From an uncultured Actinomycetes bacterium (lineage in GTDB: Bacteria > Actinomycetota > Actinomycetes > Streptosporangiales > Streptosporangiaceae): a stretch of 24,000 nucleotides of DNA. Both the position numbers and the translations under genes were made by a program. Where the stretch lies: positions 10,124-34,123 of the forward strand of contig CAWICW010000040.1 in the NCBI GenBank assembly GCA_963834685.1. Direction: 5' to 3'. This document shows positions 16,484-23,464 of the stretch, piece by piece. The notes under the pieces were generated by a model. It did not search any database, was not told the DNA's origin, and saw only the letters and a list, made by a program, of their open reading frames with translations. Position 1 is the stretch's first letter. Every line of letters begins with the position of its first letter.

Positions 16484-17044
16484 CGCGGAGTCCGCGGCCG
16501 GGACAGTCACCTCGAACTCCACCCCGACCTCGTCCTTCAGCTTGAGCGCGCCGAAGAAGCCGACGTACGGCTTGATCCCGAGCGCCGTCTGGACCACCGT
16601 GGCCGAGCCGCGGTACCGGCCGGCCCCGGGCTCGGACACCTGCAGCCGGACCGGCTCGCTCTGCCCGTTGAGGGTGAATGTGCCCTCGATGGCGCCGCCG
16701 GTGGTGCCGAAGCGGACGATTTTCGAGGAGGCGAAGCTGGCCGTGCCGGTGCCGAGGATCCCGCTGATCTGCTTCTTGATGTCCGCGCGGTCCCGGTCGC
16801 TGAGCGGCTTGGCCCCGCCGGTGCCCTCGCGGACCTCCAGCGAGCCGAGGTCGAACTCGGCCTTCACCGTCGCCGCGGTGACGCCGCCCGCTTCCTCGTC
16901 CGGCACCTCGACCTGCGCCGACCAGCGGGTGATCTCGATGGTCAGGTCGTGGCCGGCCCTGGCCGCGAGGCCGGCCCGGCCGGTCTTGAGCACCACGCGT
17001 CCGTTGTCCGGTCCGAGCCGGAAGTTACCCGTAATAGCAGCCAC
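16340..17044 (-). CDS. YceI-family (polyisoprenoid-binding-like) protein; the ORF runs about 150 nt past the homologous end into the aldolase gene
   Basis: YceI pattern: FRLGPDNGRVVLKTGRAGLAARAGHDLTIEITRW...FTLNGQSEPVRL...ALKLKDEVGVEFEVTV. GTG start at 17044. The recognisable domain ends near 16498, but the first stop is at 16340. Confidence 0.78.
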   Translation of the reverse strand: MAAITGNFRLGPDNGRVVLKTGRAGLAARAGHDLTIEITRWSAQVEVPDEEAGGVTAATVKAEFDLGSLEVREGTGGAKPLSDRDRADIKKQISGILGTGTASFASSKIVRFGTTGGAIEGTFTLNGQSEPVRLQVSEPGAGRYRGSATVVQTALGIKPYVGFFGALKLKDEVGVEFEVTVPAADSALRAPGQHVAGLQHRCVAAVQRRDVAGHPVGQGPLAGGHAGRVAVPGG

Positions 17045-17138
17045 GGGCCCAACCGTACGGGCTCGGGCGGGCGGCGGTCCACTCGCGGTGCCTGCGGGAC
17101 CGGGTGTATCGCCTGGTATGCGGGGTAATGTGCCCGTT

Positions 17139-17156
17139 CCGGGACCCGGGTCCTGG
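17139..17156. promoter_or_regulatory. Palindrome CCGGGACCCGGGTCCTGG (perfect 12-bp core GGACCCGGGTCC) between the HTH gene stop and the YceI start
   Basis: Read directly. It could be a terminator for the HTH gene or an operator, since it has GGGAC-N4-GTCC half-sites. Confidence 0.3.
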
Positions 17157-17171
17157 GGGCAGGTTGCAGAA

Positions 17172-17741
17172 TTAAGGCAGCGGGAAGTCGCCGAACAGCT
17201 CGCGGATCCGGCGCAGGTCGCGCAGCCGCGGCTCGGTGGTGCCGCCGACCCAGCGGCTGACCGTCTTGACCGAGACCCCGAGCTGGCGGGCGGCGACCTC
17301 CATGGTCATGCCCTCGCGGCGCAGCGCGGCGGCCATCCAGTCGGCGAAGGCCGTCTCGTCTCCGTCCTGGCCGATGCCCAGCCCGTCCGCGCCGACCCTG
17401 CCGGGCTCCTGGGACTTGAGCAGCGAGGCCAGCGCGTCCAGGCCCGCCGGCGTCCCGATCTGGGCGCCGGAGCGCAGCACGTCGACCTCGACGTGGTCGG
17501 GGAAGATCCGGAAGGAAACGTTGATCGCGCCGGTCTCGCCGGCCGCCTCGAGCAGCGCCTGGGCGACGGTCTCGCCCACCTCGCGGTTATCGTCCTCGGA
17601 CAACGGCGACTGGGACAGGCAGCGGCGGACGAAGTCGCGGATGTCCGGGATAGACGACGGGCGCGCGGGGAATGTCTGCGACAGGACCACCACCGGTACA
17701 ACCTCGACCTTGTCGCTGATCAAGTCGGCACGATGCTCCAT
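17172..17741 (-). CDS. Regulatory protein with a C-terminal XRE/Cro-type helix-turn-helix and an N-terminal anti-sigma-kinase-like (RsbW-like, degenerate) domain
   Basis: The C-terminus MTMEVAARQLGVSVKTVSRWVGGTTEPRLRDLRRIRELF is a typical HTH_XRE. The N-terminus SIPDIRDFVRRCL...EVGETVAQALLEAAGETGAINVSFRIFPDHVEVDV resembles the HATPase_c_2 layout without the N-box Asn. The ATG at 17741 has GAGGGG 5 nt upstream. Confidence 0.6.
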   Translation of the reverse strand: MEHRADLISDKVEVVPVVVLSQTFPARPSSIPDIRDFVRRCLSQSPLSEDDNREVGETVAQALLEAAGETGAINVSFRIFPDHVEVDVLRSGAQIGTPAGLDALASLLKSQEPGRVGADGLGIGQDGDETAFADWMAAALRREGMTMEVAARQLGVSVKTVSRWVGGTTEPRLRDLRRIRELFGDFPLP

Positions 17742-18352
17742 CGCCACCCCTCGGGTCGGCCAAAGACGGTAAATCGCCCCGGTGGCCGCTGTCACCGGGG
17801 TATGACAATGAGGGTACGTGGAATATGTCCTTACGGACGAGTCGGAACGGATAGACAGTTGTGTCTAGCAGGGCGACTCTTCTGTCTTGAGATCTCCACG
17901 TCACAGGAATAGGCTGTCGTCACCGGTGATGGCGCCGTTGCCGTGAGCCGGCTTCTTGTGAGCATGTGATGAGCGGTCAGCGTGCCGGCGCATCTCGTCG
18001 GCGAGCTACTGGGGCACACCGAGAACGGGCTCGGGTGGCCCAGCAGTACCGCACTGCCCGGTCCATCTACCTCTGGGCGGCAACCGAAGGGGTGGCCGCA
18101 TTGGCATCCTCCGTCGCCAGGAGGTCGAGGATTCCAGCCGCGACACACGGTCGCGCTGTTGGTTCGCGGTTCATCGGCCCGGTAGTCCGGAAGCCTCCCC
18201 GCGCAGCCACGACGTGCCCCGCCGCGGTCCCGCACATGTCCGGTTGGTTATCGCGGACGTGCTCACCGTAGCGCCCCGCACCGACATTTCACGGAGGGAG
18301 GGAGCGGCGTTCCTCCCCGGCTCGAACGCCGGGCTGCACCGCCGCGATCTCG

Positions 18353-19396
18353 ATGACCCAGGCCGCGGAAGAGCCGGTCCTGCATATTCTCTGGATGAAC
18401 GGGGGCCTTGGTTGTGACGGGGACTCGGTGGCGCTGACCGCCGCGACCCAGCCGAGCATCGAGGAGATCGTGCTCGGGGCGCTGCCGGGACTGCCCAAGG
18501 TGGCGGTGCACTGGCCGCTGATCGACTTCGAGTGCGGGCCCGAGCAGGGCGCCGACAACTTCATCGAGTGGTGGCACAAGGCAGACCGGGGCGAACTCGA
18601 CCCGTTCGTCCTGGTCGTCGAGGGATCCATCCCCAACGAGGCGATCAAGTCCGAGGGTTACTGGTGCGGCTTCGGCAACAACCCGGCGACCGGGCAGCCG
18701 ATGACCACCAACGAGTGGCTCGACCGGCTCGCCCCCAAGGCGACCGCCATCCTGGCCGTGGGCACCTGTGCCACCTACGGCGGCATCCACGCCATGGCGG
18801 GCAACCCGACCGGCGCCATGGGCGTGCCGGACTACCTCGGCTGGAGCTGGAAGTCCAAGGCCGGCCTGCCGATCGTCTGCGTGCCGGGCTGCCCGATCCA
18901 GCCGGACAACCTGTCCGAGACCATCCTGTACCTGCTCTACCAGGTCGCCGGCCAGGCGCCGATGATCCCGCTGGACGAGGCGCTACGGCCCAAGTGGCTG
19001 TTCGACGCCACCGTGCACCAGGGCTGCGACCGGGCCGGGTACTACGAAGAAGGCGACTTCGCGACCGAGTACGGCTCGCCCTCGTGCCTGGTCAAGCTGG
19101 GCTGCTGGGGTCCCGTGGTCAAGTGCAACGTGCCCAAGCGGGGCTGGATCAACGGCGTGGGCGGCTGCCCGAACGTGGGCGGCATCTGCATCGCCTGCAC
19201 GATGCCCGGCTTCCCGGACAAGTTCATGCCGTTCATGGACAAGCCGCCGGGCGCGACGGTATCGACGACCGCTAGCGGCATGTACGGCACGGTCATACGC
19301 AGTCTCCGGAGCTTCACGGCCAAGACGCTGGACAAGGAACCGAAGTGGCGCGTGAAGGGCTCCGAACTCCGCACCGGCTACCAGAAGACGTGGTGA
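18353..19396 (+). CDS. hhyS: [NiFe]-hydrogenase small subunit, group 1h/5 (Hhy type), no Tat signal
   Basis: The N-terminus runs straight into the proximal-cluster motif: MTQAAEEPVLHILWMNGGLGCDGDS. It then has GTCATYGG, CVPGCPIQPD, HQGCDRAGYY, LGCWGPVVKCNV and GGCPNVGGICIACTMPGFPD. There is no RRxF twin-arginine leader. No alternative in-frame start exists back to the TAG at 18269. Confidence 0.93.
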   Translation: MTQAAEEPVLHILWMNGGLGCDGDSVALTAATQPSIEEIVLGALPGLPKVAVHWPLIDFECGPEQGADNFIEWWHKADRGELDPFVLVVEGSIPNEAIKSEGYWCGFGNNPATGQPMTTNEWLDRLAPKATAILAVGTCATYGGIHAMAGNPTGAMGVPDYLGWSWKSKAGLPIVCVPGCPIQPDNLSETILYLLYQVAGQAPMIPLDEALRPKWLFDATVHQGCDRAGYYEEGDFATEYGSPSCLVKLGCWGPVVKCNVPKRGWINGVGGCPNVGGICIACTMPGFPDKFMPFMDKPPGATVSTTASGMYGTVIRSLRSFTAKTLDKEPKWRVKGSELRTGYQKTW

Positions 19397-19403
19397 ACAT
19401 ACG

Positions 19404-21212
19404 ATGACCTCACTTGAGTACGGAGAGAGCACAGGCGCCGGCGACGCCGAACTCACCGAGATGACCTGGGATCCCATCACCCGGATCGTCGGCAGCCTGG
19501 GTATCTATACCAAGATCGACTTCAAGGCCAAGCGGGTCGCGGAGTGCCATAGCACCTCATCGATCTTCCGCGGCTACAGCATCTTCATGAAGGGGAAAGA
19601 CCCGCGGGACGCGCACTTCATCACCAGCCGGATCTGCGGGATCTGCGGTGACAACCACGCGACCTGCTCGGTCTACAACCAGAACATGGCCTACGGCGTC
19701 CGCCCGCCGCACCTCGGCGAGTGGATCATCAACCTGGGCGAGGCCGCGGAGTACATGTTCGACCACAACATCTTCCAGGAGAACCTGGTCGGGGTGGATT
19801 TCTGCGAGAAGATGGTGGCCGAGACCAACCCGGGCGTGCTGGAGATGGCCAACCACACCGAGGCGCCACACGCGGGCGACCACGGCTACCGCACCATCGG
19901 CGACATCATGCGCTCGCTGAACCCGCTGGAGGGCGAGTTCTACCGCGAGGCGCTCCAGGTGAGCCGGTCCACCAGGGAGATGTTCTGCCTGATGGAAGGC
20001 CGCCACGTGCACCCGTCCACGCTGTACCCGGGCGGGGTGGGCACGGTCGCCACGGTGCAGCTGTTCACCGACTACCTGACCCGGCTGATGCGTTACGTGG
20101 AGTTCATGAAGCGGGTCGTGCCGATGCACGACGACCTGTTCGACTTCTTCTACGAGGCGCTCCCCGGATACGAGGAAGTCGGCCGGCGGCGGGTGCTGCT
20201 CGGCTGCTGGGGTAGCCTCAACGACCCCGAGTACTGCGACTTCACCTACCGGAACATGGCCTCGTGGGGCCGGAAGATGTTCGTCTCGCCCGGCGTGGTG
20301 GTGGACGGGCAGCTGGTCACCAACAGCCTGGTCGACATCAATCTGGGCATCAGGATCCTGCTCGGTCACTCGTATTACGAGGACTGGGAGGACAAGGAGA
20401 TGTTCGTCACCCACGACGAGCTCGGCAACCCGGTCGACCGGCGCCACCCGTGGAACCAGCACACGATCCCGCGGCCCGCCAAGCGCGACTTCGACGACAA
20501 GTACAGCTGGACCATGTCGCCGCGCTGGTTCGACGGGAAGGACTACCTGCCGCTGGACACCGGCGGCGGCCCGATCGCCCGGCTGTGGGCCACCGCGCTC
20601 GGCGGCCTGGTCGACTGCGGCTACGTGCAGTCCACCGGGCACAGCGTGAAGATCAACCTGCCGCGGACCATGTCCCGGCCGGAAACCACCTTCGAGTGGA
20701 AGATCCCGCACGACAAGCAGGGCCAGCCGCTGTCCAACGCGATCGAGCGGGACCGGGCCCGGACCTACTTCCAGGCCTACGCGGCTGCGCTCGGCGTGTA
20801 CTTCGTCGAGCAGGCGCTGGCCGAGATCCGGGCCGGGCGGACCAAGACCTGGGAATCATTCAACGTGCCCCAGGACGCGTTCAGCTGCGGGTTCACCGAG
20901 GCTGTCCGCGGCGTGCTGTCGCACCACATGGTGATCAGGGACGGGAAGATCGCGAACTACCACCCGTACCCGCCCACGCCGTGGAACGGCAGCGTCCGCG
21001 ACACCTACGGGACGCCCGGGCCGTACGAGGACGCGGTGCAGAACACGCCGATCTTCGAGGAGAACCCGCCGGATAACTTCAAGGGCATCGACATCATGCG
21101 CGCCGTGCGCAGCTTCGACCCGTGCCTGCCCTGCGGCGTGCACATGTACCTCGGCGGCGGCAAGGTGCTCAAGACGGCGCACTCGCCCACTGGTGTGACA
21201 CTGGCAATGTAG
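19404..21212 (+). CDS. hhyL: [NiFe]-hydrogenase large subunit, group 1h/5 (Hhy type)
   Basis: L1 motif TSRICGICGDNHA and L2 motif SFDPCLPCGVH, followed by a 22-aa C-terminal tail (the substrate for a maturation protease). At 602 aa, the size is typical of this group. Confidence 0.95.
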   Translation: MTSLEYGESTGAGDAELTEMTWDPITRIVGSLGIYTKIDFKAKRVAECHSTSSIFRGYSIFMKGKDPRDAHFITSRICGICGDNHATCSVYNQNMAYGVRPPHLGEWIINLGEAAEYMFDHNIFQENLVGVDFCEKMVAETNPGVLEMANHTEAPHAGDHGYRTIGDIMRSLNPLEGEFYREALQVSRSTREMFCLMEGRHVHPSTLYPGGVGTVATVQLFTDYLTRLMRYVEFMKRVVPMHDDLFDFFYEALPGYEEVGRRRVLLGCWGSLNDPEYCDFTYRNMASWGRKMFVSPGVVVDGQLVTNSLVDINLGIRILLGHSYYEDWEDKEMFVTHDELGNPVDRRHPWNQHTIPRPAKRDFDDKYSWTMSPRWFDGKDYLPLDTGGGPIARLWATALGGLVDCGYVQSTGHSVKINLPRTMSRPETTFEWKIPHDKQGQPLSNAIERDRARTYFQAYAAALGVYFVEQALAEIRAGRTKTWESFNVPQDAFSCGFTEAVRGVLSHHMVIRDGKIANYHPYPPTPWNGSVRDTYGTPGPYEDAVQNTPIFEENPPDNFKGIDIMRAVRSFDPCLPCGVHMYLGGGKVLKTAHSPTGVTLAM

Positions 21213-21373
21213 GCCCGTAGCGGGCGCCCGTCCCGCGAGCCAAAGGGCGCCGGCCCCGCCTGGACTGTGTTTTCCCCACAGACCCACCCCAGGCGCGACG
21301 AAGGAGCGACGAGGGAAGGCGGGGCCTCAAAAGGCGCCCGGAGGCGAGCGGGACACAACAAAGGAGTGTGAGG

Positions 21374-21931
21374 ATGGCCGCAGGCCACGATGCGCAAAAG
21401 GCGGGTGAGCGGGTCGAAGCGCTGCTCGCCGAGCTGGGGTCGCAGGCCGGGCCGCAGGTCGCCGCCACCGCGGAAGAGCTGGTGAGCTGCCTGGTCGATC
21501 TCTACGGCGCCGGACTGGCCGAGATCGTCAAGATCATCGGCGCGGACGCGGAGGCCGGCCAGCGGCTGATGGGCCAGCTGGCCGGCGATCCGCTGGTGGA
21601 AAGCCTGCTGCTGCTGCATGACCTGCACCCGCTGCCGGTCGCGGACCGGGTCCGGCGCGCGATCGAGGCAGTCATGCCGCAACTCGGCGCGCACCCGGGC
21701 GAGGTGGAGTTCGACGGCGTCGACGACCAGGGCGTCATCCACCTGCGCCTGGAGCGCGGCGGCCACGGCTGCGGGTCCTCCTCGGGAGCGGTTCAGGCGG
21801 CCATCGAGGAGGCGGTAATCGCGGCGGCGCCGGAGGCGGCCGGCGTCGACGTCGACGTCGTCGCCCCGGAACCGGAGTTGCCGCTGCTGCAGATCAGCCG
21901 GCACCCGACGGCGGTCCGGGGGGCCCGGTGA
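21374..21931 (+). CDS. NifU-like domain protein associated with the hydrogenase (possibly HhyE-like)
   Basis: The C-terminal half AIEAVMPQLGAHPGEVEFDGVDDQGVIHLRLERGGHGCGSSSGAVQAAIEEAV follows the Nfu/NifU C-terminal domain layout. The ATG at 21374 has AAGGAG 7 nt upstream (track start is GTG 21368). The gene ends in a GTGA overlap with the next ORF. Confidence 0.65.
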   Translation: MAAGHDAQKAGERVEALLAELGSQAGPQVAATAEELVSCLVDLYGAGLAEIVKIIGADAEAGQRLMGQLAGDPLVESLLLLHDLHPLPVADRVRRAIEAVMPQLGAHPGEVEFDGVDDQGVIHLRLERGGHGCGSSSGAVQAAIEEAVIAAAPEAAGVDVDVVAPEPELPLLQISRHPTAVRGAR

Positions 21932-22743
21932 CCACCGGGGCCGAGGTATCCGGGAGCGGAGCGGCCGGGGCCGGTCCCGCCGGGCTGCGGCGCTTCGTCA
22001 AGCGGCCGGCGGGCGTACGCCCGGGCCCGCCGCCGGGTCTCCCCGCGTCGATCCAGGAGGTCCTGGCCGCGCGGGCCGCGGCCCGCTCCGATCGCGATGC
22101 GGCGGAGGGCACCGAGCGGTGCGAGATGTGCCGCGAGGCGCTCGGCGAGCGGCACGGGCACGTCGTGGACCTGGAGAAACGGTCGCTGGCCTGTACCTGC
22201 CGCGCGTGCTATCTGCTCTTCACCCATGAGGGGGCAGCAGGCGGCCGGTACCGGGCCGTGCCGGAGCACGTTTACCACGACCCTGGCCGGCCGCTCACCG
22301 ACGCGGACTGGAACGAGCTGCAGATCCCGGTGGCTATGGCGTTCTTCTTCCACAACTCGGCGCTGGACCGCGTGGTGGCCGGCTACCCCAGCCCCGGCGG
22401 CGCGACCGAGTGCGAGCTGGACCTGGCGGCCTGGGACCGGCTGGCCGCCGCCCACCCGCTGCTGGGAACGCTGGCCCCGGACGTGGAGGCCATCTTCGTC
22501 AACCGCACCGAATACGGGAACGAGATCTTCCTGATCCCGATCGACGAGTGCTACTCGCTGGTCGGCGAGCTGCGGATCAAATGGCAGGGGTTCGACGGCG
22601 GCGCCGAGGCCCACGCGGCCCTGGCCACCTTCCTGGACAGCTTGCGGCGCCGCGCGGTGCCGTTGGAGGGCAGGAGAAACGACCCGGACCTCAGGCCCGC
22701 ACCGCGCCTGCCCGAGCTGGAAGAGCCCGGGAGAGGGCACTGA
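21928..22743 (+). CDS. Conserved hypothetical Cys-rich protein of hydrogenase clusters (I recall this family as DUF5947 but cannot verify)
   Basis: 271 aa with high GC3 and a GTGA start/stop overlap with the NifU-like ORF. It has a five-Cys cluster, CEMC-x22-CTCRAC. The globular-looking core is LQIPVAMAFFFHNS...IFLIPIDECYSLVGELRIKWQGFDGG. Confidence 0.7.
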   Translation: MTTGAEVSGSGAAGAGPAGLRRFVKRPAGVRPGPPPGLPASIQEVLAARAAARSDRDAAEGTERCEMCREALGERHGHVVDLEKRSLACTCRACYLLFTHEGAAGGRYRAVPEHVYHDPGRPLTDADWNELQIPVAMAFFFHNSALDRVVAGYPSPGGATECELDLAAWDRLAAAHPLLGTLAPDVEAIFVNRTEYGNEIFLIPIDECYSLVGELRIKWQGFDGGAEAHAALATFLDSLRRRAVPLEGRRNDPDLRPAPRLPELEEPGRGH

Positions 22744-22744
22744 C

Positions 22745-23464
22745 ATGGCGGACCTCATCTTCGGCTGCACGGGCGCGACCGCGGAACGGTACGCGGCGAC
22801 CCCGACGCTCACGTTCGCGCTGACCATCACCGAGCGTTCCGGCGTGCGGGTGCACGCCATCGCGCTGCGCTGCCAGATCCGCATCGAACCGCACCGCCGG
22901 CGATACTCCGCGGCCGAGGCGCAGCGGCTGCACGACTTGTTCGGTGACCCGTCGCGGTGGGCCGAGACGGTCAAGCCGATCCAGCTCGCCACGGTGACCA
23001 CGATGGTGCCCACGTTCACCGCGGTGACCGAGACCAACGTGGAGGTGCCGGTCACCTATGACCTGGAGGTGACGTCGGCCCGCTACCTGTACGGGCTGGA
23101 CGACGGCACGGTCCCGCTGCTCCTGCTGTTCAGCGGGACCGTCTTCGTGGCCAACGGCGACGGCTTCTCGGTCGAGCTGGTGCCGTGGAGCGCCGAGGCC
23201 TCCTACCGGATGCCGGTGAGCATCTGGCGGGAGCTGGCCGACGTCCACTTCCCCAACAGCGCGTGGCTGCGCTGCAGCCGCGAGACGCTGGACGAGCTGT
23301 CGGCGTTCAAGGCCAAGCGCGCCCTGCCCACCTGGGACTCCACCCTGGAGGCCTTGCTGGCCGAGGCCCGCCAGGCCGAATCGGGCGCTTTGGCGGCTGG
23401 CTCCGCCGCGGAGCCTGGGGCCGGCCCGGACCCGGACGATCCGGCGGAGGCGAGACAGCCATGA
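22745..23464 (+). CDS. Conserved hypothetical protein of hydrogenase clusters (I recall this family as DUF6084 but cannot verify)
   Basis: 239 aa, starting 1 nt after the previous stop, with high GC3. The sequence looks non-repetitive and globular (TLTFALTITERSGVRVHAIALRCQIRIEP...LLLLFSGTVFV), with an acidic/Pro-rich tail. Confidence 0.7.
   Translation: MADLIFGCTGATAERYAATPTLTFALTITERSGVRVHAIALRCQIRIEPHRRRYSAAEAQRLHDLFGDPSRWAETVKPIQLATVTTMVPTFTAVTETNVEVPVTYDLEVTSARYLYGLDDGTVPLLLLFSGTVFVANGDGFSVELVPWSAEASYRMPVSIWRELADVHFPNSAWLRCSRETLDELSAFKAKRALPTWDSTLEALLAEARQAESGALAAGSAAEPGAGPDPDDPAEARQP

Noticed and set aside
17960-18290. A possible structured RNA gene (SRP/tmRNA/RNase P-like strings such as GTCCGGAAGCC and GGTCGAGGATTCCAGCC), or the small ORFs in this stretch
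   Set aside because: The strings only loosely resemble the conserved cores I remember (SRP GGUCCGGAAGGAAGCAGC, a tRNA-like T-arm GGTTCGAATCC). I could not build the expected helices. The ORFs have poor GC3. I kept it only as an unexplained non-coding region in the findings.
19557-20711. 384-aa minus-strand ORF inside hhyL, and the 420-aa minus-strand ORF 21793..23055
   Set aside because: They are antisense shadows of well-supported plus-strand genes. Their translations are Arg/Asp/Val/Gly-rich with no motifs.
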